The notes beneath the pieces are model-generated. The model ran no database searches and was not told the origin of the DNA. It saw only the letters and a list, made by a program, of their open reading frames with translations. This document shows, in pieces, positions 33,990 through 42,188 of a stretch of 64,000 nucleotides of DNA. This DNA is from Candidatus Woesearchaeota archaeon (GTDB lineage: Archaea; Nanobdellota; Nanobdellia; CAYMVK01; CAYYFB01), in the NCBI GenBank assembly GCA_964471255.1, contig CAYYFB010000003.1:359-64358 (forward strand). The letters run 5' to 3'. The translations under genes were made by a program, and so were the position numbers. Within the stretch, counting starts at the first letter, position 1; each line of letters begins with the position of its first letter.

Positions 33990-34482
33990 AGAACTGACCG
34001 ATTTACCACAAAATGTTATGAAAAAAATAGAAGAATTATCAGAAGAATTCGAACTTTTAGGGTTTAAAGTCAACAAAAGTGAGGATATTATTGTTATATC
34101 TTCAGAAGATCCTTTAAAAATGAGACTCTTGGAATCGTTTATCAAAGCGATAGAAGCTGGGTATCCTTTAGAGGACGCGTTTAGAATTTTAAAAGAGGAA
34201 GCCATTTTGGAAAGGATAGATGTAGATGAATACGCAAAGAAAAAACGAGCCCATCGACAGAGACTGATAGGACGAGTAATAGGACGCAAGGGGAGTTGTA
34301 AAAGAAGGATAGAAGAATTTACAAATACAAAAATTCTCATAGGAAAAAAGAATATATGGATTCTAGGCACAGAAAAGAATGTTTTTCTTGCACGAGAAAT
34401 TATAATGGAATTACTTTCAGGCAGAACACATGAAACAGCTTTTAAACGTGGGATAAGAAAAGCTAAAAGCGCTAAAGTGTAA
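33973..34482 (+). CDS. KH-domain RNA-binding protein (Pno1/Dim2-like)
   Basis: IGRVIGRKGSCKRRIEEFTNTKILIG contains the KH GxxG loop, and the position after the RIO kinase fits. Confidence 0.75.
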   Translation: MMRFYRELTDLPQNVMKKIEELSEEFELLGFKVNKSEDIIVISSEDPLKMRLLESFIKAIEAGYPLEDAFRILKEEAILERIDVDEYAKKKRAHRQRLIGRVIGRKGSCKRRIEEFTNTKILIGKKNIWILGTEKNVFLAREIIMELLSGRTHETAFKRGIRKAKSAKV

Positions 34483-34519
34483 TTATAATAGAAATAAAAA
34501 TTAGCTAGAATATATTATT

Positions 34520-34582
34520 TTTTGTGATGAGTACCCCTGTTTCTGAGATTTGTAGATGATGATGTATTACGCTACTGATAAT
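34520..34582 (+). ncRNA. C/D box sRNA (2'-O-methylation guide)
   Basis: C box GTGATGA 34524-34530, 12-nt guide GTACCCCTGTTT, D' CTGA 34543-34546, 9-nt spacer, C' ATGATGA 34556-34562, 12-nt guide TGTATTACGCTA and D box CTGA 34575-34578. This is the canonical archaeal C-12-D'-C'-12-D geometry. The 3' part overlaps the stop region of the convergent HIT gene. Confidence 0.7.
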
Positions 34583-35043
34583 CTTTCCTTTATCTTCATC
34601 AATACTGCATCATCTAATGGATTCATGCTTTCGTAGATGGGCCTCCAATCAATGAAAACCATATCAAAAGTTGATCTCGGGATGACATGGATAGCTAAAT
34701 GTTTTATTATTCTTTCATTATCTTCTCTAATTAGGATAAGGGTACCGGTTCTTACCTCTTTTTTTAAGAAATCATCTAAATTAGCTTTTCTTATCTTTTG
34801 ATCTATTTCTTTTACAAGCAAAAAAAGATCTTGAATTTCATCCTCCGTAAGGTCAGTAAGCTTTTCGACGTGCCTTTTTGGTATTATTATCACATGGCCC
34901 CAGTTTATTTGTCGAAGATCTAAGAATGCTATTGATTTTTCGGTCTCTTTAATTACATATGCTGGTGCTTTTTTGTTCGCTATCATACAGAAAGGACACT
35001 CTCCTTTTTTCAAGAGGAGTTTTTCTAGCTTCTTCTCTTCCAT
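34567..35043 (-). CDS. HIT-family nucleotide hydrolase/transferase
   Basis: CPFCMIA, NWGHVIIIPKRHV and the triad region KHLAIHVIPR. Ala replaces the middle His of the triad. Confidence 0.8.
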   Translation of the reverse strand: MEEKKLEKLLLKKGECPFCMIANKKAPAYVIKETEKSIAFLDLRQINWGHVIIIPKRHVEKLTDLTEDEIQDLFLLVKEIDQKIRKANLDDFLKKEVRTGTLILIREDNERIIKHLAIHVIPRSTFDMVFIDWRPIYESMNPLDDAVLMKIKERLSVA

Positions 35044-35044
35044 A

Positions 35045-35614
35045 TTAAACCCTCAATGCATCCTCAAAAATTTCGCTTGCCATGTAAATTAACTCATCCA
35101 AAACTTCGCCTGGAGGCATTTTTCTCTCAATCTCGTATTTTTTAATTGTTTGGAGAATTTTTTCATAAAACACAGCATCCTCATAAAATTCAGGTAAGTT
35201 CTTCTTAACGAAATTAGGTATTTCCTTCGGTACTTTTATAACTCCTTTCTTTTTTATTATTATTGCTTGTAAAGCATCTGTTGCAGCCTGGTATAGATTT
35301 ATTAGTATATCTTCTTTTAGTTTTTCTATTCCTTCCACTTCAAGAATAATCACAGCCAACCTAGCAATTATTGTTTTATAAGTAGACAAAAATAAATTCT
35401 TTCTTATCCCTTCTTTTAAAGAATTAACAATCCCATAGGGATCATATACTACACTGCCTTTTTCTAAACTTTCCATGATTTTTTCGTCAAAGCTTGCTAT
35501 TTTTTTGATAAATTCGTTTGTGGTTAGATACTCCCCCTCTTCAGGGCCCTTTTCTTCTTTTTCCATTAGAAAATATTTTCTTCCTTTGTGTTCCCAAACA
35601 GCAATAGTACCCAT
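35045..35614 (-). CDS. Helical protein paralogous to the C-terminal half of the adjacent nucleotidyltransferase (HEPN-like?)
   Basis: The all-helical C-terminal region aligns by eye with 35650-36441 (...DALQAIIIKKKG.. versus ..EALQILLLIDKK..). It has no nucleotidyltransferase motif. Confidence 0.4.
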   Translation of the reverse strand: MGTIAVWEHKGRKYFLMEKEEKGPEEGEYLTTNEFIKKIASFDEKIMESLEKGSVVYDPYGIVNSLKEGIRKNLFLSTYKTIIARLAVIILEVEGIEKLKEDILINLYQAATDALQAIIIKKKGVIKVPKEIPNFVKKNLPEFYEDAVFYEKILQTIKKYEIERKMPPGEVLDELIYMASEIFEDALRV

Positions 35615-35649
35615 AGAAAAGAACTAAGAGATTCTACTTAATTTTTATT

Positions 35650-36441
35650 ATGAAAGAAAATCCTGTTTTCGCAAGCCTCTCCGGTATTGTCGAAGATTTA
35701 AAAAGAGATTTTGGAGACGTAATTGTAGGGATAATGCTATTTGGTTCAGCTGTAAAAGAAGAAAAGCCTAGAGATATTGATGTTTTGATTATTTATGAAG
35801 ACTCTACTCCTTTTGAGAAAAAAACGACTCTTCTAGAGAAACTTAATTTAATTGAAGAGAAAAACAAAAAAATGCACTTTCAAGTTCTAAAATTGTCCCA
35901 AATCTGGCTATCCCTCTTTAAGGCAGAACCTTGGATAATAACCGCTCTCAGTAATGGGATTATTCTTTATCAAAAGGGAGACTCGCTGGAATGCCTTAAG
36001 AAAATTGCTTTATACACTAGTTATTTCTTTGAGGAAAAAACAGAAAGACTAATAGAGAGGGCTAGAAGGAGTCTTAAAAAAGTAGAAAGAGCCAAAGTTG
36101 AAATGTTTGAAAAACTTAGTGAAGCTGTGATAGAAGCATTACAAATTTTATTGCTTATTGATAAAAAATTAGTTTTTGAGAAGAAGAGAATAATCGATGC
36201 TGTTAAAAAGTATTACAAAGATATCCTCGGGGAGGAGTTAGACGAAATTATAGAACTCCTCTTTTTATACGAAAAATACCTTGAAGAAGGAACAATAAGA
36301 ATAAAAATAGAAGAAATGGATCATTTTTTAAAGAAAGCGAGAATTTTCCTAAAAAAGGTTAAAGATCTTATATTACAAAAAATTAGGAAAAAGGAAAGTA
36401 ACAAACAAATTGAGCATGAGGCACTCCAGAAATCTTTTTGA
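35650..36441 (+). CDS. Pol-beta-superfamily nucleotidyltransferase with a helical (HEPN-like) C-terminal domain
   Basis: LFGSAVKEEKPRDIDVLIIY contains the G-S...D-x-D minimal nucleotidyltransferase motif. Confidence 0.65.
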   Translation: MKENPVFASLSGIVEDLKRDFGDVIVGIMLFGSAVKEEKPRDIDVLIIYEDSTPFEKKTTLLEKLNLIEEKNKKMHFQVLKLSQIWLSLFKAEPWIITALSNGIILYQKGDSLECLKKIALYTSYFFEEKTERLIERARRSLKKVERAKVEMFEKLSEAVIEALQILLLIDKKLVFEKKRIIDAVKKYYKDILGEELDEIIELLFLYEKYLEEGTIRIKIEEMDHFLKKARIFLKKVKDLILQKIRKKESNKQIEHEALQKSF

Positions 36442-36688
36442 CATTTCCTACAACTCCTGCCTTCCTCCCAGCTTCTACCGCATTTTCACCAACCAAATTT
36501 CCTATAGTAGCTTTTTTCAATTCCTCTATTAATTTTTCTTCATCTACAACTTTTCCTCCATAAAATCTTGGAGAGACATATAGTCTCAAATTTCCTTCTT
36601 TAAACTCTTTTCCAAGCAATTCATAATCACAAGCAGCAACCATATACTCTTCCCTTATTATATGGATCTTCATCCAAAATTTTTTCAT
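36383..36688 (-). CDS. Conserved archaeal small protein (DUF424-like)
   Basis: AACDYELLGKEF...LYVSPRFYGG...NLVGENAV resembles the DUF424 family, which often sits near aIF2-beta. Its 3' end overlaps the convergent gene by 59 nt. Confidence 0.45.
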   Translation of the reverse strand: MKKFWMKIHIIREEYMVAACDYELLGKEFKEGNLRLYVSPRFYGGKVVDEEKLIEELKKATIGNLVGENAVEAGRKAGVVGNVKKISGVPHAQFVCYFPFS

Positions 36689-37353
36689 AGTTCCACATCT
36701 ATCCTAGTTATTCTCCTCGTTAGACAATATGCAACATTATATATTGGCTTCCCTTTTACTAAGGAGAAATTTTTTCCCATATGAGAATGGCCATGGATTC
36801 CTATATCAAATAAATCAATTACTTCTTCCCATTTTTTGCTTCCCATTTCAGGCCAAATCCAAGGTTTTTCTTTTACCAAGTTAGAGTATGTTATTGCATA
36901 ATGGGATAATAGAATTTTAAATCCTTTTTTCCGCTCCAGAATCTCTTTTATCTTTTCAAACCGCTTTCTATAAATCTCGTCAATATTAGGAATATTCCTC
37001 CTTTGCCATCGGGTTGGTTTGTCCAAAATGCCGGGTGTGCCTATTATCGAGATCTTCTTTCCTTGAATCTTTAGATCTATTACCTCATCCTCTAATAAAA
37101 TTATAGAGGAAAGATATTTCCTTGTGGCTTCATAAGTAAATTCATTATTTCCTCTAACCATTATTTTGGTGCAGTTCAATTTTGATATGTCGTTTTCAAA
37201 CCTCTTTAAATAGACATATGCGCCATTATCTATTACATCACCAGCTATGAGAAAAAGCTCACATTCTTCTTTTATTTTGTCTAATTCTTCCAAAAACATC
37301 TTGTACAATTCCCAATATCGAGGCAGGTGAAAATCAGAAACTGCAAATATCAT
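36685..37353 (-). CDS. Calcineurin-like metallophosphoesterase
   Basis: Motifs SDFHLP, AGDVIDNG, GNNE and GHSH are present. Confidence 0.75.
   Translation of the reverse strand: MIFAVSDFHLPRYWELYKMFLEELDKIKEECELFLIAGDVIDNGAYVYLKRFENDISKLNCTKIMVRGNNEFTYEATRKYLSSIILLEDEVIDLKIQGKKISIIGTPGILDKPTRWQRRNIPNIDEIYRKRFEKIKEILERKKGFKILLSHYAITYSNLVKEKPWIWPEMGSKKWEEVIDLFDIGIHGHSHMGKNFSLVKGKPIYNVAYCLTRRITRIDVEL
36931..36939 (-). repeat. CTGGAGCGG word, copy 5
   Basis: Exact 9-mer, in-frame LER (EILERKK) of a metallophosphoesterase. Confidence 0.95.
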
Positions 37354-37772
37354 AGGGTTATTTTAACTGGCCTCTTCGCACCGCAACCCAAACATTTTAA
37401 ATAAAGAATTCTCTTTTCCCTAATAAGCACAGTATCCGGACACTTGCACTCCTTGCAAAAAACTAGCTCTTGGACAAATTTTCTAAGCTTTTCATTTACT
37501 TTATATCCTGGAATTACCCCTCGCAATATTAATCTGTTCTTATCCAATGTTCCTGTAGTAGCTAGCTCCTTAAAGAGGAATTTTGCTAGAAGTTTTTCAT
37601 CCCTATTTAGATAATCTGCTATTGACTTAAAGTTAAGTATTATTGTTTTGTTTTTTTCAAAACTTATCTTAGCAATGGGCATTTCAAATCTTTCTTTCTT
37701 CATCCTTTGAGAAGGCAATGACATGTAAGCCCTCTCGAGTAACCAATCGTAATCATACCATCCTCTTCCCAT
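37350..37772 (-). CDS. eif2b: Translation initiation factor aIF-2 beta subunit
   Basis: The C-terminal zinc ribbon CKECKCPDT...CLGCGA and the central FLFKELATTGTLD region are typical of aIF2-beta. Confidence 0.9.
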   Translation of the reverse strand: MGRGWYDYDWLLERAYMSLPSQRMKKERFEMPIAKISFEKNKTIILNFKSIADYLNRDEKLLAKFLFKELATTGTLDKNRLILRGVIPGYKVNEKLRKFVQELVFCKECKCPDTVLIREKRILYLKCLGCGAKRPVKITL

Positions 37773-38076
37773 ATTTAAGTATCTCTAGAAGCCTAAATAG
37801 CTCGTCATAAATCCCTCTTTTGAGAATCTTATGGGCAATAATAAATACTTTTTCATCTCTTTTTCTAACTTCTCCGAAAATTTCTACAATATCCCCCACC
37901 TTGATTTCTCTTTTTCTAGTCTTCACCCAGCATTCCGAAGTAAAATCCCTTATCAGAAAATCTTTCTTGTTTATCTTTAAAACTGTTCCGATAACCCTTA
38001 TTTTTTTAAAAAGAGCTATGTCTTTTAGGAAACATTTTCTGTAAAAATCTTCTTTCTCCATAAATATAAAAAGCAA
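37753..38076 (-). CDS. Small OB-fold-like protein, unknown function
   Basis: VIGTVLKINKKDFLIRDFTSECWVKT...VGDIVEIFGEV shows a beta-barrel-like pattern. Assignment is weak. Confidence 0.3.
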   Translation of the reverse strand: MLFIFMEKEDFYRKCFLKDIALFKKIRVIGTVLKINKKDFLIRDFTSECWVKTRKREIKVGDIVEIFGEVRKRDEKVFIIAHKILKRGIYDELFRLLEILKYGKRMV

Positions 38077-38594
38077 AAGAATAGGCCATTAGAATTAAGG
38101 AACCAGTTTTGAGGTAAAAAAGGTATAGAATTTATAATCGAACAAACGAGCGATACAATTAGGGCATAAGGATTCATCACAACAGAAAGCAAGGAGGGAG
38201 AAATAATTTTTCTATAGGGAATAAATGAAATTGCTAGAAAAAAGAGATAGAGAAGAGTCCCGAGAAAGGTTTTTATCAAGAAAGTTCTCAAAAGGGAAGG
38301 GTACAAAAATATTTGAGGATACTTCCTTAACAAAACGGGATCCACCGCCACTCCAGTTAGAGCAAGCCCCAATATATATAAAACGAAATAGAAAGATACT
38401 AAAAGAATTGTAAGGGGCAATTTTTTAAGAGAAACGATAGTAAGTTTATATATATTCTTTTTATTAGCTATTAGATTTCCATTACCTATTGTATAAATTA
38501 TTCCCACTGTGAAAAATCTTCCTAAAATAGGGATTGAAGATAAGAAGTGATAAAAAAGTACTGAAAACACTTGTTTGAATTTTGTTAATTCCAT
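38025..38594 (-). CDS. Polytopic membrane protein, unknown function
   Basis: 189 aa with 5-6 hydrophobic segments. Confidence 0.45.
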   Translation of the reverse strand: MELTKFKQVFSVLFYHFLSSIPILGRFFTVGIIYTIGNGNLIANKKNIYKLTIVSLKKLPLTILLVSFYFVLYILGLALTGVAVDPVLLRKYPQIFLYPSLLRTFLIKTFLGTLLYLFFLAISFIPYRKIISPSLLSVVMNPYALIVSLVCSIINSIPFLPQNWFLNSNGLFFCFLYLWRKKIFTENVS

Positions 38595-38626
38595 ATTCTT
38601 TATTCATTCTCAATAAAATCAAAATA

Positions 38627-38699
38627 TAGCCCGGCCCGGATTCGAACCGGGGTCACGGGGTTCAAAGCCCCGCATCCTAGGCCGCTAGACGACCGGGCT
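38627..38699 (-). tRNA. tRNA-Gln (anticodon UUG)
   Basis: The reverse complement starts AGCCCGG. It has anticodon arm CGGGG-CTTTGAA-CCCCG, T arm CCCGG-TTCGAAT-CCGGG and acceptor CCGGGCT-A. Confidence 0.9.
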
Positions 38700-38730
38700 A
38701 TCTATGAATATAACTTAGGTTAGCATTCCC

Positions 38731-39687
38731 TTAAACCTTAATAATCTCAAATTTGCTGCTTCCAAGCCCAATTTCCTCTGCTGTTTCTATCTGGAGCCAA
38801 GGATCTATCCCATGTAATCTTTCAAATATTTTTCCACATTTTTTCTCTATTAGCCATAAAGATGCTGCATCAACAGCTACTATATCTCTTCCCACTAGCC
38901 ATCCAATATCTTGACAAACTATCGGACCTGGATCAGAATTACAATCACAATATTTCGTTATATTGCCAAGCCAATTAATACAGATGTATTCTTTATTTTC
39001 TAAGCAAAGTTTGCAAGAAATAGCTATATTTCTTTGCAATCCTGATATTTTTATGGCTTTAGTCGGACAGGCTTTCATACATATGCCACATCCTATGCAG
39101 TTCCCTTTTAGGACTAGATTTGAATCTTGAAAAGTTAGCGCTCCAGAAGGACAGGAATTTACGCATGTTTTACAAAAGATACATTTAGACGACTCCCAAT
39201 TAAAAGAGGTCTTTGAATGAAGATCTATTTTACTTTTCTTACTAACACAGCCCATGCCAACGTTTTTTATTGCTCCTCCAAAACCTGTAAGTTCATGCCC
39301 TTTTACATGAGATAGAATAAGGATAAACTCGGATTCTGCTATTTCTTTTGCTATTTCTATTTCAAGATCTTCAAACCTTCTCTTTGGACCCTTATCCCCT
39401 ATTACTATCCTAGCGAAATTAAATCCCCTTCTTTTCGCTAAATCCAAATATCCCTGTTTAGTAGATCTAGGTGAAGAATAAGCAACTACTGTATCAAATA
39501 AAAAAGGTTCAAAGCCTTTTTCCTTGAATAATAAATAAATTTTTCTAACATATTCTGGATTAATTGCATATTTATTTCCAATTTCTCCCATATGCAGTTT
39601 TATAGGAAAAACTCTCTCGGGGATTTTAAATTTTTCCAAAACTTTCAAAATATTTTCAAAACTAGGAGAAAAGTATACCTTAGGCAT
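38731..39687 (-). CDS. DUF362-type protein with two [4Fe-4S] ferredoxin motifs
   Basis: CIFCKTCVNSCP and CIGCGICMKACP are inserted in a DUF362-like scaffold. Confidence 0.7.
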   Translation of the reverse strand: MPKVYFSPSFENILKVLEKFKIPERVFPIKLHMGEIGNKYAINPEYVRKIYLLFKEKGFEPFLFDTVVAYSSPRSTKQGYLDLAKRRGFNFARIVIGDKGPKRRFEDLEIEIAKEIAESEFILILSHVKGHELTGFGGAIKNVGMGCVSKKSKIDLHSKTSFNWESSKCIFCKTCVNSCPSGALTFQDSNLVLKGNCIGCGICMKACPTKAIKISGLQRNIAISCKLCLENKEYICINWLGNITKYCDCNSDPGPIVCQDIGWLVGRDIVAVDAASLWLIEKKCGKIFERLHGIDPWLQIETAEEIGLGSSKFEIIKV

Positions 39688-39741
39688 ATGATGTATGCCT
39701 TTGGGATAATTTAAATAGAAAAGGAATAATGTGTATGGTAG

Positions 39742-41175
39742 GTGGGCATTTTTCCTATTGATATAGATCTCTTTCGGAAGTATCCTAAAAAATTTGAAAA
39801 AGAGTTTGAAAAGAGATTTCTTGACAAGAAAGTTCTGGAGCGGGCAAGAGAATTAGATAAAAAGTGGAGAGAAAAGATAAAACAGGTAAATAAGTTAAGG
39901 CATGAAATAAATAAAAGATCTAAAGCGATAGCAATAATTAAGGCTTTCTTAGAAAAGAAAATTAAAAAGGAAGAAGCTAAAGAAAAAATAAGGAAAATTC
40001 TGGAGCGGGATGTAGAAATAAATAAGAAAACTATAGAAAAGATTAAAAAGGAAGTAGGAGAGATAGAAAAAAAGCTAAAAGTAATAGAAAATGAGACAGA
40101 AAACATAAGAAGAGAGCTCTATAATATCCTTCTCACATTCCCACAATTCTCTTTAGATAAAATCCCAATCGGACCCGATGAAAGATATAACAAACCAATA
40201 AGATTTTGGGGGAAGCCAAAAGTTTGGAGAAATTATTTGGATCAGTTTAAAGAACAAATAGATGGCTTTGATGTAAAATATGAAGTAATTGAGGTAAAAC
40301 CCAAGCATCATTACGATATTATTAAGGAATATGATTTAGCGGATACAGAATTAGCAGGAAAAATGGCTGGAGCAAGGTTTTATATAGAAAAAAATGAGCT
40401 TGTTTTCTTAGACTTTGCACTAACTCTTTATGCCTTAGAGTTTTACAAGAAGAAGGGATTCGATTATGTTATAGTACCACCATATTTGATGAAAAGGGAT
40501 GTAGAAGAGAGAATAACCCATATAACAACTTTTGAGGATGCAATTTATACAACTAGGGAGGATGACTTAATACTAATACCAACCTCAGAACATCCCATCT
40601 GCGCTATGTTTATTGACAGAGTTTTTCTGGAGCGGGAGCTTCCACTTCGAATCCTTGCTTGGAGCCCAGCATTTAGGAGAGAGGCTGGAGCGCATGGTAA
40701 GGACACAAAAGGAATTTTTAGGACGCACCAGTTTCATAAGGTAGAATTGCATTCAGTAACAACACTTGACCAGGATCTGGAGGAATTGGAATACATGCTA
40801 AAAATCTTTGAGGAATTTAATAGAACTTTAAACATTCCTTACAGGGTTATAATCCTATCCAGCGGAGATATGGACAAAAGAGCTAGAATACAATACGATT
40901 TGGAGGCTTGGTTCCCAGGACAAGGGAAATATAGAGAACTTGGGTCTCTGGCTACAATGGGGGACTGGGTATCAAGAAAAATAAACACTAGGGTAGAAAG
41001 AAAAGGGAAAACAGAGTTTGTAGCTAACCTATATGCCACTGGTTGTGCTATTCAAAGGACCTGGTGCGCGATTTTAGAAAATAATTGGGATCCAAAGAAG
41101 AATATAATAAAAATTCCAAAACCTTTGTGGAGGTACACTGGGATAAAAAAGCTTTATCCTAAAGCTTCTTCCTAA
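39742..41175 (+). CDS. serS: Seryl-tRNA synthetase (GTG start)
   Basis: It has an N-terminal coiled-coil arm. Class II motifs are present: PTSEHPICAMF, FRREAGAHGKDTKGIFRTHQFHKVE and GCAIQRTWCAILEN. Confidence 0.9.
   Translation: MGIFPIDIDLFRKYPKKFEKEFEKRFLDKKVLERARELDKKWREKIKQVNKLRHEINKRSKAIAIIKAFLEKKIKKEEAKEKIRKILERDVEINKKTIEKIKKEVGEIEKKLKVIENETENIRRELYNILLTFPQFSLDKIPIGPDERYNKPIRFWGKPKVWRNYLDQFKEQIDGFDVKYEVIEVKPKHHYDIIKEYDLADTELAGKMAGARFYIEKNELVFLDFALTLYALEFYKKKGFDYVIVPPYLMKRDVEERITHITTFEDAIYTTREDDLILIPTSEHPICAMFIDRVFLERELPLRILAWSPAFRREAGAHGKDTKGIFRTHQFHKVELHSVTTLDQDLEELEYMLKIFEEFNRTLNIPYRVIILSSGDMDKRARIQYDLEAWFPGQGKYRELGSLATMGDWVSRKINTRVERKGKTEFVANLYATGCAIQRTWCAILENNWDPKKNIIKIPKPLWRYTGIKKLYPKASS
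39835..39843 (+). repeat. CTGGAGCGG word, copy 6
   Basis: Exact 9-mer, in-frame LER (KVLERAR) of serS. Confidence 0.95.
40000..40008 (+). repeat. CTGGAGCGG word, copy 7
   Basis: Exact 9-mer, in-frame LER (KILERDV) of serS. Confidence 0.95.
40627..40635 (+). repeat. CTGGAGCGG word, copy 8
   Basis: Exact 9-mer, in-frame LER (VFLEREL) of serS. Confidence 0.95.
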
Positions 41176-41650
41176 TTTTCTTATCACATTTCACTTTGCT
41201 TTTCATCCTTTCTTCTATTTCTTTATCTCCTATTTTGTGCTCTTGAATTCTTTCTTTAGTTAAAATATGAATAACTTTTATACCCATCTTGACCAAGTCA
41301 TTCGCAATGTATTTTCTGTGACACTTCCACCATTTCCATTCAGAGCAAAGAATTACTGTCGGGGCCTTCTTTGCAATTTTTATTAACTCTTTAAGACCCT
41401 CTTTATACTCCTTTGTCTTAGTATAAGCCACATAACCTCCTTCCCTATATCCTCCAAGCTTTTCGATATGAACATAACCTATTCCTTCCCGCTCCAGAGA
41501 TTCTTTCAAATTTTCTTTATTGAACCAAGGAAACTTCTTGCTTGTTGGGAATCTTCTCACATCTATAACAATTTTGATTCCAAAATGTTTTAATATGTCT
41601 AAAAACTCATCTAAGGTTTTTGTTGAATGTCCGATAGTATAAACCTTCAT
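41159..41650 (-). CDS. DUF488-family protein
   Basis: MKVYTIGHSTKTLDEFLDILKHFGIKIVIDVRRFP is the characteristic DUF488 N-terminus. Confidence 0.75.
   Translation of the reverse strand: MKVYTIGHSTKTLDEFLDILKHFGIKIVIDVRRFPTSKKFPWFNKENLKESLEREGIGYVHIEKLGGYREGGYVAYTKTKEYKEGLKELIKIAKKAPTVILCSEWKWWKCHRKYIANDLVKMGIKVIHILTKERIQEHKIGDKEIEERMKSKVKCDKKIRKKL
41489..41497 (-). repeat. CTGGAGCGG word, copy 9
   Basis: Exact 9-mer, in-frame LER (ESLEREG) of the DUF488 gene. Confidence 0.95.
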
Positions 41651-42188
41651 GATTAGAAATGAAATTATATCTCTTATAGAGAAGTATAAACTCGAACCAA
41701 AGCTTCAGCTAGGACAACACTTTCTAGCTGATGACGAAATAATCTTTAATATTATAGAATTGTTTGATAAGAAGGACGAAGTTTTTTGTGTTGGGTTAGG
41801 TTTGGGAACTTTAATATCAAAAATTGCAGTAAGGGTGAAGAAAATTATAGTTTGTGAAATAGATAGGGAATTAGTAAAGATATTTGAAAAAGAATATGGG
41901 CCTTGTCTGGGAAATGTTGAAATAATCTTAGGGGACGCATTTAAGATAGCTTGGCCCAATCTTCCAGTTTTCTTTTCCTCTCTCCCCTATCATGCAGCAG
42001 AAGGATTAATAAAAAAGGCTATAACACATTCTTCTTTTAAAAAGATAATTCTAATAATGCCCTTTTCACTTTTCAAGAGAAGTAAGGAAATCTTTGATGT
42101 AGAGTTTGAACTTATAAGAGAAATAGATGGAAAGAAATTTTATCCAGAATCTAGTAGCAAGTCATGCCTAGTAAGACTAGTAAGATGA
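41649..42188 (+). CDS. Short KsgA/Dim1-like methyltransferase homologue with degenerate motifs
   Basis: It starts with the KsgA-type LGQHFL. The SAM loop reads CVGLGLGTL and the NLPY motif reads SSLPY. At 179 aa it lacks the C-terminal domain. Confidence 0.5.
   Translation: MIRNEIISLIEKYKLEPKLQLGQHFLADDEIIFNIIELFDKKDEVFCVGLGLGTLISKIAVRVKKIIVCEIDRELVKIFEKEYGPCLGNVEIILGDAFKIAWPNLPVFFSSLPYHAAEGLIKKAITHSSFKKIILIMPFSLFKRSKEIFDVEFELIREIDGKKFYPESSSKSCLVRLVR

Noticed and set aside
33973-33999. ATGATGA ... CTGA at the start of the KH-domain gene
   Set aside because: The spacing is 14 nt and there is no second box pair. The ATGATGA is simply the Met-Met start of a supported CDS.
39711-40106. 131-aa ORF antisense to the 5' part of serS
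   Set aside because: It is S/F/I-rich and low-complexity. It is the mirror image of the K/E-rich coiled-coil codons of a well-supported serS, with no motif and no independent start context.
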